The translations under genes were made by a program, and so were the position numbers. A stretch of 64,000 nucleotides of DNA, taken from assembly GCA_024231905.1 (NCBI GenBank), contig JAAEQC010000102.1, forward strand, positions 234,974 through 298,973, read 5' to 3'. Within the stretch, counting starts at the first letter, position 1. Each line of letters begins with the position of its first letter. Under the pieces are notes generated by a model. That model did no database searches, was not told where the DNA came from, and saw nothing but the letters and a program-made list of their open reading frames with translations. Source of the DNA: a bacterium. GTDB taxonomy: Bacteria; Krumholzibacteriota; Krumholzibacteriia; LZORAL124-64-63. Shown piece by piece: positions 17,542-26,939 of this stretch.

Positions 17542-18966
17542 ATGAACGACCCTTCGTCCCGTCTGCGGGAGATCCCGCAGGTCAGCGCCCTGCTCGAGCA
17601 TCCGCGCCTGGCGGTCCTCCTGGAGGGTCGACGGCGTTCCTGGCTGCAGCGCGTGATCCAGGACGCCCTGTCGGATCTGCGCCGCGAATTGCTGGAGGAC
17701 GGCGGTACGGTCCGGAAGCGCGACGCCCTCGTGGACCAGGTCGTCGCCCGGGTGGAGGACTCCTACCGCGAACTCACGAATCCCGCCTGGACCCGGGTCC
17801 TGAACGGTACCGGCGTGGTGGTCCACACGAACCTGGGCCGGGCGAACCTGGCGCCGGACGCCGTGGCGGCCATGGCGGCAGTGGCCGGCCACAACACGGA
17901 CCTGGAGTACGATCTGGCGGCCGGGGCCCGCGGACACCGGGGTCGTCAGGTGGAGGCCAAGGCGGCCCTGTTGGCCGGGGCCGAGGACGCCCTGGTCATC
18001 AACAACAACGCCGCGGCCGTCTGGCTCGCCGTGCGCTTCACGGCCGGCGGCGGGCGGGTGGTCATCTCCCGGGGGGAGATCGTGGCCATCGGCGGTTCGT
18101 TCCGCATGAATGAGATCCTGGCCGAGGCGGGTTGCGAACTGGTGGAGGTCGGCACCACCAACCGCACGAGCCTGGCCGACTACGCCGCCGAGCTGGACGT
18201 GCCGGGCACCGCGGTCATCAAGGTGCATCGGAGCAATTTCTCGGTGGAAGGTTTCACCGAGGACGTGTCCCTGGCGGATCTGGCGCAGCTGTGCAGTGAG
18301 CGCGGCCGCCCGCTGGTGTACGACGCCGGCAGCGGTGCCCTCTTTCCCATGGCGGAACTGGGCTTGCCCGCCGGCGAGTTGACCCTGGACCAGGACGTGG
18401 CCTGCGGTCCGGACCTGGTGACCTGCAGCGGAGACAAGCTGCTCGGGGGGTGCCAGGCGGGTATCATCCTGGGCCGGGCCGACCTCATCGCGGGTTTGCG
18501 GAAGCACCCCATGCGCCGGGCCTTCCGCGTGGACAAGACGACCCTGGCAGCCCTGGACGCGGTGCTGAGCGCCTACCTGCGCGCGGTGGATCGTCCCCCG
18601 GTGCCGACCCTGGAGCAACTGGGCGCCGACCTGGAGTCGCTCCAGGACCGGGCCGAGAAACTGCTGGCCGGACTCGCCCCTCTGGCGCCCGCCGGTTGGC
18701 GGGGGGAAGTCGTGCCCGGGGTCTCGAGCGTGGGCGGCGGCTCCTTCAGCACCGCCGCCATCGAATCGCGCCTGGTCCTGTGGCAGGCGGAGAAGACGGA
18801 TCTCGAGGACGTTCACAGGCGATTGCGGACGGGTGACCCGGCCCTGGTGGGCCGGATGAACAACGATGGTTTGGCGGTGGACGTGCGGACCCTCGGGGAC
18901 GACGAATTGCCGCTGGTGATCGCGGCCTTCAGCGCAGCCTGGACCCAGGCCGCTAGGTCGGCATAA
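17542..18966 (+). CDS. selA: L-seryl-tRNA(Sec) selenium transferase
   Basis: SelA signature including the PLP-lysine region SGDKLLGG.QAGIILGR and VHRSNFSVEGFT. ATG at 17542. Confidence 0.8.
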   Translation: MNDPSSRLREIPQVSALLEHPRLAVLLEGRRRSWLQRVIQDALSDLRRELLEDGGTVRKRDALVDQVVARVEDSYRELTNPAWTRVLNGTGVVVHTNLGRANLAPDAVAAMAAVAGHNTDLEYDLAAGARGHRGRQVEAKAALLAGAEDALVINNNAAAVWLAVRFTAGGGRVVISRGEIVAIGGSFRMNEILAEAGCELVEVGTTNRTSLADYAAELDVPGTAVIKVHRSNFSVEGFTEDVSLADLAQLCSERGRPLVYDAGSGALFPMAELGLPAGELTLDQDVACGPDLVTCSGDKLLGGCQAGIILGRADLIAGLRKHPMRRAFRVDKTTLAALDAVLSAYLRAVDRPPVPTLEQLGADLESLQDRAEKLLAGLAPLAPAGWRGEVVPGVSSVGGGSFSTAAIESRLVLWQAEKTDLEDVHRRLRTGDPALVGRMNNDGLAVDVRTLGDDELPLVIAAFSAAWTQAARSA

Positions 18967-18990
18967 CGAAGGAAACGGGAGCGACCGCAC

Positions 18991-20619
18991 ATGAATGATC
19001 AACCCCGTGATCTGCCCGTCTTCATCGCCGGCCTGGAGGCTGCGGAGGCGAGTCTGCAGGGTGGCGAGGGATTCTGGCCCGACGTGGAACGCCTCACCGG
19101 CGGCGACCTTGCCCGTAGCCTGGACGACGCCCTGGCCGGGGCAGCCGCGCCCCGCGTGTGGCTCTTCGTGCACGAGCCCGGCCAGCCCCAACTCGGGGTC
19201 GTGGCGGCCCTGACCTACGCCCGCGTCCTCGGCGGACGGGACCAGGCGGCCATCGTGCTCGACGGGGACGACAGCACCACGGTCCTGTCCCGCTGGTCGG
19301 GGCGGGAGGATGCCGAAGGATGGATCGACATGGTGCGTTACGGCACCTCGGTGCTGACCTCCGGGGTCGCGTTGCCCTTCGCCGGGCGGACCGCCTATCT
19401 GCTGGGCGTAGGCTCCTATGCGCCCACGGACATCACCGCCGGCGAGGTGGACGAGTTCCTGGGACGCCTGCGTCGCCAGGCAGACGACGTGCTCATCGTG
19501 TGCCCGGTGCCGGTGGCCGGCCTGTGGGGCAAGCACGCGGACATCACGCTCATGTGCGTGGACCGCCAGGGGCGGTCCGCGGCGCGGATCGCCGAACTGG
19601 GTGACGAAATGGCTGCCGTCGGCGCGGCGCCGGACGGTCTGGTCGCTTATGGCGAGCCCATGGCAGAGCCTGTGATCGAACCCATGGCCGAGACCGAGGA
19701 CGAGTCGGCCGACGCCCCTGCGGAGGAGACCGTACTACCCCCGGTGGACGACCTCTTCGCCGAAGTGGATGCGGTCGTGGACGAGGAACCGGTGGACGAG
19801 CCGGCGGATGAGCCCGGTAACGAAGCGGAGAGCGAAACGGCCGGTACGGTCGCCGCTGCTCTCGACGCCGCCGAACCGGACGAGCCCTCCGACAGCTTCC
19901 AGGTGGAGGCTCCCACCCGGCGCAGCACCTCGGGCGTGTTCTGGCTCGCGGCCGCCGTCTCGGTGGCGCTTATCGCAGTAGTGTCCATCTACTATTTCAA
20001 GTTCGTGCGCACGGGCGACGACGGCCTGGGCGCTTCGCCTCCGGTGGTGGCCGAGGCGCCTTCGACCGTCGTGCCGGCGGGCGGCCAGGCGGAAGAAACC
20101 GGCGTCGTCCAGGATCAGGGGATCCCTGCGACCGCTGATTCCCAGGCCGTGCTTCCGGTCGGGGATGACCAGGGCACGACGGCGACGGAAGGGGAAACCG
20201 AGGTGCCGGTCCAGGAGACGGACTTGCCGCCGGCGGATCCCACGGCGACCGCGGGCACCGATCCGGCAGCCGGCCCGGCCGACACGACTCCGGAACCGGT
20301 TGCCGATTCCCTGGTGGAGGATCCGGTCTCGTCCGGCGATCCATTCACCGAGCCGGTCGGCCGCGACGGCTGGGCCCTGTGGGTGTACTCGTTCCCCGAG
20401 AGCGAAGACGCCGACCGCCAGGTGTCCGTCCTGCAACGACGGGGCGTCACCGCCACCGTGCGCACGGTCGAGATCGCCGACAAGGGACGCTGGCACCGGA
20501 TCTACATGGGCAACTTCGCATCCCGCGCCGACGCCCGCGACGCCATGCCGGCCCTGCTTGAGCGCCTGCGGACCGACTGGGCCCAGCCCGTGCGGTTCTA
20601 CGCCGCGACCGACGACTGA
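18991..20619 (+). CDS. SPOR-domain membrane protein with an N-terminal cytoplasmic domain and a long acidic/Pro-rich linker (cell-division-associated)
   Basis: One TM segment (VFWLAAAVSVALIAVVSIYYF). C-terminal SPOR-like domain (WALWVYSFPESEDADRQVSVLQRRGVTATVRTVEI...RIYMGNFASRADA). The N-terminal roughly 200 aa resembles a P-loop-less ParA/MinD-like fold. Confidence 0.7.
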   Translation: MNDQPRDLPVFIAGLEAAEASLQGGEGFWPDVERLTGGDLARSLDDALAGAAAPRVWLFVHEPGQPQLGVVAALTYARVLGGRDQAAIVLDGDDSTTVLSRWSGREDAEGWIDMVRYGTSVLTSGVALPFAGRTAYLLGVGSYAPTDITAGEVDEFLGRLRRQADDVLIVCPVPVAGLWGKHADITLMCVDRQGRSAARIAELGDEMAAVGAAPDGLVAYGEPMAEPVIEPMAETEDESADAPAEETVLPPVDDLFAEVDAVVDEEPVDEPADEPGNEAESETAGTVAAALDAAEPDEPSDSFQVEAPTRRSTSGVFWLAAAVSVALIAVVSIYYFKFVRTGDDGLGASPPVVAEAPSTVVPAGGQAEETGVVQDQGIPATADSQAVLPVGDDQGTTATEGETEVPVQETDLPPADPTATAGTDPAAGPADTTPEPVADSLVEDPVSSGDPFTEPVGRDGWALWVYSFPESEDADRQVSVLQRRGVTATVRTVEIADKGRWHRIYMGNFASRADARDAMPALLERLRTDWAQPVRFYAATDD

Positions 20620-20690
20620 ACGACCTGGCGCCCGGCGCCTGGACGGACCTGACACGACAGCATCGAATCACGCAGCGGAAGGTTCCTGGT

Positions 20691-23600
20691 TTGCGTCTGA
20701 AATCCATTGAACTGCAGGGCTTCAAGTCCTTCGTCGAGCGCACGCGCCTCGATTTCGACCACGGCATCACCGCCATTCTCGGCCCCAACGGCTGCGGCAA
20801 GTCCAACGTGGTGGACGCCGTGCGCTGGGTCCTGGGCGAGCAGTCGGCCAAGCAGCTCCGCGGCGGCAAGATGGACGACATCATCTTCAAGGGTTCGACC
20901 AAGCGCCGCCCCGTGGGCATGGCCGAGGTCACCCTGGTCTTCGACAACGAGGACCGGGGGCTGCCCATCGAGTTCTCCGAGGTGGCCATCAAGCGACGGG
21001 TCACCCGCGACGGGGGCAGCGACTACTTCCTCAACGGCTCCCCCTGCCGGCTCAAGGATCTGCGCGACCTCTTCTACGACAGCGGCGTGAACAACACGTC
21101 CTACTCGATCATCGAGGAATCGATGATCAAGCAGATCCTCAACGAGAACAACACGGAGCTGCGCAACCTCCTGGAAGAGGGCTCGGGCATCACCAAGTAC
21201 AAGGCCCGGCGCAAGGAGACCCAGCGCAAGCTCGACCGCACCCGCGCCGACCTGACGCGTCTCTACGACATCGTCGAGGAGATCGGGCGGGAGGTGCGCT
21301 CCCTTCAGCGCCAGGTGGGCAAGGCCCGCCGGCACCAGAAGCTCTTCAAGGAGATCCGTGCCCTGGACCTGCTCCTGGCCGGCCGCAGACGCGGCGAACT
21401 GGACCGGGAAGAAACGGCTGCCCGCGAACGCCTCGAGGAATTCCGCACCCAGGCCGAGGCCGGGGTGGGCGAGCTTGCCGAGTTGCAGGCCAATACCGCC
21501 GCCGCCCGTCCCCAGGTGGACGAGCGCGAGGCCGAGAGACGTCAGCTGGAGGAAGCGCTGCAGGCCTTCGAGGAGGAGCTTCAGGAGACCGAGCGCCAGG
21601 TCCTCCTGCTGCAGACGCGCAGCGAGGAACATGCCCGGCGGGTTCAGGACAACGAGAGCTCGGCCGAGGAAACTCTCACGCGACAGCAGGAGCTGGAAGG
21701 CCGCATCCGGCGCCTGGACGAGCATCTGCTTCAGGTGGGCCAGGAAAAGGACGCGGCCGAGCGGCAGTTGGCCGAGCGCAGCGAGAGTCTGCGGGTCCTG
21801 GAGGACCGTCTCGAGCACGACCGGGCCGCCCTGGACGAGGCCACGCGCCTGAACCTGGAAGTCATCGAGAGCGACGCCTCCAGCCGCAGCCAGCTCCGGG
21901 AGCTGCAGGTCAAGCAGGAGAATCGCCGCGAACGCATCTCGATCCTGGAGACCGAACGCGAAGAGTTGCTGCAAGCCGGTCGCGAAGCCGACGAGCAGGC
22001 GACCACCCTGCGCGCCGAACGCGAGGAGTCCCTGGTCCGGCGGCGCGGCATGCTGGAAGCCCTGGCCGGCCACGAGCGCGAGGAGACCGAGCTGGAGGCG
22101 TCGTCGGTGGCGCTCCAGGACGATCTGGCCGGCGCCCGGGCCAAGGCCGAAGCGGCCCGTTCCACCCGCGACCTGCTGCGGGGCCTGCAGGAGGATTACG
22201 AAGGCTACGGCCAGGGTCCACGCGAGATGCTCAAGCGCCATGGCGGCGAGGACCGGATTACCGGCGGCGTGGTCGACCAGATCAACGTTCCCGCCGCGGA
22301 CCGGGTCGCCCTGGAGGCCCTGCTGGCGGACCTGCTGGACGCGGTGGTGGTGGACGGCCCCGATACGGCGTTGCAACTGGTGGACGAGCTCCGCGGCGAA
22401 CGGCTGGGCCAGGCGAGTTTCCTCTGTGGCGATGGTTTCGCCGCCGCCGGCGAGATTCCCGATCTGGCGGCGACCGGCGGCCGGCCGGCGGACGAAGTCA
22501 TCACCGGGCCGGGCGCCCGGTTGCCGGCCCTGCGCCGCCTGCTGGTGGGTACGGTCATCTTCGAAGACGACACAGCCGCGGTGGCCGCCGCCCGCGGCTG
22601 GAACGGCGCCGGCGTGTTGACCTGTGTCAGCCGCGGTGGCCTGCTCGTACGCAGCGACGGCACCATGCGCGGCGGCGCGGCCGACGCCGGAGAGAATGGC
22701 GACAGCGGCCTGCTGGGCCGCAAGGAACAGCTCGAACGGCTGGAGCAGGAGATCTCCGGCCTGGAGCGGCGGGAGACCACCGCCCAGGAGAAGCTGGTGG
22801 CCAACCGTGACCGGCGTGAGACCGTACGCGAGGCCCTCATCGCCGGCCGCGGCGACCTGTCCACCCTGGACGAGGAACTGGGCCGCCAGGAGGTCGTCCT
22901 GGCCCGGGCCGAGCACACCCGCGGCACCGCTGCCCAGCGGGCCGGCCAGATGGAGGAGGAGCGCACGCGCCTGACGGCCGAGGTCCAGACCCTGGCGGTC
23001 GAGGAGGAGACCCTCACGGACGTGCTCTCGGCCAGCGGCCGAGAACGGCAGGACACGACCACCCGCCGGGACGACCTGCGCAAGCAGGTCCAGGAGGCGG
23101 AACTGGTCCGGGACGAGGCGCGGGCCGGCGTGGAGGAACTGCGCCTGACCGAGCAGAAGAAACAGAGCGAGCAGCGGGAGGGCGACGCGGCACTCCAGCA
23201 CCTGCGCGACAACGTGGCCGAGCTCTTCGCCCGCCGGGAACGGCTGGCCGAGGAGAGCGAGATGGCCCGGGAGTCCATCACGGTGCTCGAGGAGGAGCTC
23301 GCGGCCAAGCGCGAGATCCTCGGCAAGGCCATGGAGGAGCGGACCCGGCGCCGGCAGGTGGTGCACGCGGCGGCCGAGGGCATTCACACCCTCCACGACC
23401 AGATGAACGGCTGGAACGATCGCATCCAGCTCATCGAGAAGCAGCGCGGCGGCTTCCGCGACCAGGCCCACGAGATGGAGACCCTGCTGGCGACCCTGGA
23501 CGTGCGCCGTAACAACCTGGAGGAACGGGTCGAGGAGCAGCACAAGGGCAGCTTCCAGGACCTGATCGACTCGGTGAAGGAAGAGGACCTGCCCCGGGAA

Positions 23601-24539
23601 CTGGAGATGGACGAAGGCGTCTTCCAGACCGACCAGGCGGAGAACCTGCTCGAGCTGAAACGCGGCAAGCTGGGCTCCCTCGGTCCCATCAATCACCTGG
23701 CCCTCGAGGAATTCGAGACCAAGAAGGAGCGCCTGGATTTCCTGGAGCAGCAGCGGGACGACGTGGAGAAGGCCCGGGACGACCTGGAAAAGGCCATCAC
23801 CGAGATCAACCGCACCGCCCGCAAGCGCTTCGTCCAGACCTTCGAGGAGGTCAGGAGGAACTACGTGGCGGTCTTCCAGACCCTCTTCAAGGGCGGACGC
23901 GCGGACCTGGAACTCATCCGCACCGACGACCCCCTGGAGAGCCACATCCACGTAAAGGCCCAGCCCACGGGCAAGGTCGTCGACCACGTGTCGCTGCTGT
24001 CGGGCGGCGAGCGCTGCCTGACGGCCCTGTCGCTGCTGTTCGCCGTGTACCTGGTGAAGCCCTCACCCTTCTGCATGCTGGACGAGGCCGACGCGCCCCT
24101 GGACGACGCCAACATCCAGCGCTTCGTCAACATGCTCCGGGAGTTCAGCCGTAACACCCAGTTCCTGGTCATCACCCACAACAAGCTGACCATGGAGACG
24201 GCGAATCACCTGTACGGCGTGACCATGATGGAGCCCGGGTGCTCGTCCATCGTGTCGGTGAGCTTCCACGACGTGGCCGAAACCCAGTCCGATACGGAAC
24301 TGGCCGGGGCCATCGCAGCCCGGCGCCGGAAGATCGACAAGCGGGAGGAGACCCGCGCTCTGGACCTGGCCCTGGAGGTGAAGGAGGAGGTCGTCGAGAC
24401 GGTGGACGCCGACGACCCAGCTGCCGCCGATGACCCCGCCGCTGATGACCCCGCCGACGGTCAGGACGCCGATGCGGACGACACCAGCGCCGACGACGCC
24501 GACCGGGCCACCGCCGGCGAACTGGAGGCCAGCGAATGA
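20691..24539 (+). CDS. smc: Chromosome segregation protein SMC
   Basis: N-terminal Walker A (GPNGCGKSNVVDAVRWVLGEQS), long coiled coils, C-terminal signature LSGGERCLTALSLLFA and Walker B CMLDEADAPLDD. TTG start with a GGAAGG RBS. Acidic D/A-rich tail. Confidence 0.9.
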   Translation: MRLKSIELQGFKSFVERTRLDFDHGITAILGPNGCGKSNVVDAVRWVLGEQSAKQLRGGKMDDIIFKGSTKRRPVGMAEVTLVFDNEDRGLPIEFSEVAIKRRVTRDGGSDYFLNGSPCRLKDLRDLFYDSGVNNTSYSIIEESMIKQILNENNTELRNLLEEGSGITKYKARRKETQRKLDRTRADLTRLYDIVEEIGREVRSLQRQVGKARRHQKLFKEIRALDLLLAGRRRGELDREETAARERLEEFRTQAEAGVGELAELQANTAAARPQVDEREAERRQLEEALQAFEEELQETERQVLLLQTRSEEHARRVQDNESSAEETLTRQQELEGRIRRLDEHLLQVGQEKDAAERQLAERSESLRVLEDRLEHDRAALDEATRLNLEVIESDASSRSQLRELQVKQENRRERISILETEREELLQAGREADEQATTLRAEREESLVRRRGMLEALAGHEREETELEASSVALQDDLAGARAKAEAARSTRDLLRGLQEDYEGYGQGPREMLKRHGGEDRITGGVVDQINVPAADRVALEALLADLLDAVVVDGPDTALQLVDELRGERLGQASFLCGDGFAAAGEIPDLAATGGRPADEVITGPGARLPALRRLLVGTVIFEDDTAAVAAARGWNGAGVLTCVSRGGLLVRSDGTMRGGAADAGENGDSGLLGRKEQLERLEQEISGLERRETTAQEKLVANRDRRETVREALIAGRGDLSTLDEELGRQEVVLARAEHTRGTAAQRAGQMEEERTRLTAEVQTLAVEEETLTDVLSASGRERQDTTTRRDDLRKQVQEAELVRDEARAGVEELRLTEQKKQSEQREGDAALQHLRDNVAELFARRERLAEESEMARESITVLEEELAAKREILGKAMEERTRRRQVVHAAAEGIHTLHDQMNGWNDRIQLIEKQRGGFRDQAHEMETLLATLDVRRNNLEERVEEQHKGSFQDLIDSVKEEDLPRELEMDEGVFQTDQAENLLELKRGKLGSLGPINHLALEEFETKKERLDFLEQQRDDVEKARDDLEKAITEINRTARKRFVQTFEEVRRNYVAVFQTLFKGGRADLELIRTDDPLESHIHVKAQPTGKVVDHVSLLSGGERCLTALSLLFAVYLVKPSPFCMLDEADAPLDDANIQRFVNMLREFSRNTQFLVITHNKLTMETANHLYGVTMMEPGCSSIVSVSFHDVAETQSDTELAGAIAARRRKIDKREETRALDLALEVKEEVVETVDADDPAAADDPAADDPADGQDADADDTSADDADRATAGELEASE

Positions 24540-25576
24540 TCCGCGGCGCCCTGGCGAATCTGCGGCGCGGCCTGAGCCGGACGCGCGAGAGCGTGGTCGG
24601 CAGCCTGCGCGGCATCCTGGGCCGGCGCGTGCGTCTGGACCAGGACACTCTCGACCGCATCGAGGAACTCCTCATCTCCGCGGACATGGGCGTCCAATCG
24701 GCGGTGGCCATTACCGGCAGCATCGAGAAGCGGCTCAAGGAGGAGGGCGGCGAGGCCTCCCTCGAGTCGGTCCTCGAGGTCATCCGCGGCGACGTCACCG
24801 AAATCCTCACCAGCGCCACGCCCCGGGTCCGGCCCCTGACCTGGGACGAGGAGGACGGCGGCCGGAAGAAGAAAAAGAAGAAGAAGGGGAAGCCTGCTCC
24901 GGAGCCGGAGACCGCCGAGGCGACAACCGCCGGTCCCCGGGTGATCTTCGTGGTGGGGGTCAACGGGACGGGCAAGACCACGACCATCGCCAAGCTCGCG
25001 CACCTGTTCAAGGCCGAGGGCGAACAGGTCCTCCTGGCCGCCGGCGACACCTTCCGCGCCGCGGCCGTGGCCCAGCTCAGCGTGTGGGCCGAGCGCGTCG
25101 AAGTGGACTGCGTGCAGCAGGGCCAGGGCGCCGACCCGGCGGCGGTGGTCTTCGACGCCCTGCAGGCGGCGGCGGCCCGCGAGTCCGACGTGGTCATCGT
25201 CGATACGGCCGGCCGCCTCCACACCAGATCCAACCTCATGGACGAACTGGGCAAGGTGGCGCGGGTGATCCGCAAGCAGACCGGGCGCGACCCGGAGACC
25301 TTGTTGGTGGTGGACGCCAACACGGGCCAGAACGGCCTGGCCCAGGCCAAGGTCTTCGCTGAGACCATCCCCGTGGAGGGCCTCGTGCTCACCAAACTCG
25401 ACGGCACGGCCAAGGGCGGCATCGTCGTGGCCATCGCTGAAACCCTGGGCCTGCCCGTGCGCTACGTGGGCACGGGCGAACAGGTGGAGGACCTGGCAAT
25501 CTTCGATCCCCTGACCTTCGTGGACGCCCTCTTCGCCGATTGGACCGATGGTGCCGAAGCGCAAGAGGGGGACTAG
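24536..25576 (+). CDS. ftsY: Signal recognition particle receptor FtsY
   Basis: SRP-GTPase motifs: GVNGTGKTTTIAKLA, DTAGR and TKLDGTAKGG. ATG overlaps the smc stop (ATGA). Contains a KKKKKKK insertion. Confidence 0.9.
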   Translation: MIRGALANLRRGLSRTRESVVGSLRGILGRRVRLDQDTLDRIEELLISADMGVQSAVAITGSIEKRLKEEGGEASLESVLEVIRGDVTEILTSATPRVRPLTWDEEDGGRKKKKKKKGKPAPEPETAEATTAGPRVIFVVGVNGTGKTTTIAKLAHLFKAEGEQVLLAAGDTFRAAAVAQLSVWAERVEVDCVQQGQGADPAAVVFDALQAAAARESDVVIVDTAGRLHTRSNLMDELGKVARVIRKQTGRDPETLLVVDANTGQNGLAQAKVFAETIPVEGLVLTKLDGTAKGGIVVAIAETLGLPVRYVGTGEQVEDLAIFDPLTFVDALFADWTDGAEAQEGD

Positions 25577-26933
25577 GCGCCCCGCAGCCCGACCGGGCCC
25601 GCGGCGGGGTTCCACGCGACCCCGTAATCGCCGCGGCCGCCGCCGCGCTGCCGCCGACCGGGTGCAGGCCCTCCTGTCCAGTTCCCAGGGTCGGTCCGAC
25701 GACTCCCGCGACCACCGACGTCCCGAACAGCGCTGGGCCGGTTTCCGCTCCCTCGACGTGCAACGGGACCGCGAACTCTTCGCCGGCCTGGTGGCCCTGG
25801 ACTTCGACTACCTCCTGGGACTGCGCTTCGCCGCCGGTCCGCGCACCCTCATGGACCTGCTGCCCCAGTCGGTGGTGGGCCGGGCCCAGAACGGCCACGG
25901 CTGGTTCAGCGACGAGTACGGCACGGCCCTCCGCTTTCCCGACGCCACCTTCGAGCGCGTGCTGTCGGTCCTGGAGAAATCCGATCCCAATCTGCGCCCC
26001 GCCGCGGTCCGCAAGCGCCGCACGTCCATGCTCCACAACTTCGGCGCCTGGCTGTTCGAGCGTCTGGAGGCGCCGGAACTGGACCTGGTCTTTGCCGACG
26101 GTCCCCTGCTGGGCGTGGACTTCCTGGCCGACCGGACCTGGGACACGCGGGCCTTCCTGAAGGGCATGGTGCTGGCTGGCCACATGGACGACTGGTCCTT
26201 CCGCGCCACCTCCATGCTCCAGTACAAGCGAACCTTCGGCGGCTTCCCCTACCAGATCGGCGGGGGGGAGATCATGGTGGTGGACCCGGATCGCCTGGCG
26301 CTTCTCGGCCTGGGGGACACGGGGCAGTCGGTCTTCACGGACGACCACCTGCGGCAACTGCGCGACTTGGGCGCCATCGTCGATGACCCCGCCGGCGAAC
26401 ACCGCTTCCCGGACCGGGACCAGGCCTTCTTCCGTCGCCGCCTGGGCGACGGCGTGTGCGACGACATGGCCATGGTCCTGGTGGGGGCGCGCCACGGTCT
26501 GGACGCCATGATGGGCGCCTTCGTCATGGACGCGGCCGACACCTACGACAAGTACCTGCTGGAGATGACCTGGGGCGGCTACGACGGCTGGCTGGCCGGC
26601 GGTATCCAGTCGCGGATCCTCGAGCGGGAGGGCAGCCCCCTGGTGGGCGACGAGGAGATTCTCGATCTCATCCACTTCGCGGCCAAGCGCAACGACCCGC
26701 CCGTTCCCTTCAGTTCGTCCCACCGGCGGCTCATCCAGTACGAAAAGAACGCGACCACGCCCACGTTCCTGAACCACTGGCGTTTCCTGCAGGGGGACCC
26801 CCTGGACGACATCAAGCTCGGTTTCAACCGCGTGCCCGCCCGGGATTTCTACACAGCGGCGCGGGACCGGCTCGCGGCGGTGGGTATCAACGTACCCGTC
26901 CCGACCTACCTGGCGCTCCGCCGCGGGCGTTGA
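25548..26933 (+). CDS. Hypothetical protein with an Arg/Lys-rich N-terminus (start uncertain)
   Basis: 461-codon ORF with coding-like codon usage and no motifs I recognise. ATG 25548 overlaps the ftsY 3' end by 29 nt; in-frame GTGs at 25656 and 25746 are alternative starts. The 3' end is convergent with the histidine kinase gene. Confidence 0.45.
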   Translation: MVPKRKRGTRRPAARPGPRRGSTRPRNRRGRRRAAADRVQALLSSSQGRSDDSRDHRRPEQRWAGFRSLDVQRDRELFAGLVALDFDYLLGLRFAAGPRTLMDLLPQSVVGRAQNGHGWFSDEYGTALRFPDATFERVLSVLEKSDPNLRPAAVRKRRTSMLHNFGAWLFERLEAPELDLVFADGPLLGVDFLADRTWDTRAFLKGMVLAGHMDDWSFRATSMLQYKRTFGGFPYQIGGGEIMVVDPDRLALLGLGDTGQSVFTDDHLRQLRDLGAIVDDPAGEHRFPDRDQAFFRRRLGDGVCDDMAMVLVGARHGLDAMMGAFVMDAADTYDKYLLEMTWGGYDGWLAGGIQSRILEREGSPLVGDEEILDLIHFAAKRNDPPVPFSSSHRRLIQYEKNATTPTFLNHWRFLQGDPLDDIKLGFNRVPARDFYTAARDRLAAVGINVPVPTYLALRRGR

Positions 26934-26939
26934 ATCTTC

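Noticed and set aside
14899-19536. A giant 1545-aa minus-strand ORF spanning 14899..19536
   Set aside because: Only the C-terminal 788 aa form a coherent protein (lipoprotein amidase with a start, signal peptide and lipobox at 17265). The upstream half is antisense to the well-supported selA gene on the + strand and has no recognisable domains. It is a typical high-GC shadow ORF.
20598-23987. Long antisense ORFs opposite smc, ftsY, the rib genes, the glycosylation genes and ftsI (for example 20598..23987-, 34033..36060-, 38931..41384-, 46619..48547-, 59571..62075-, 10244..12832-, 5625..6947-, 1872..3365-)
   Set aside because: All lie antisense to genes with strong motif-level identification. 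Their translations are low-complexity (Arg/Gly/Pro/Ala-rich) with no recognisable domains. This is the expected artefact of about 70% GC sequence.
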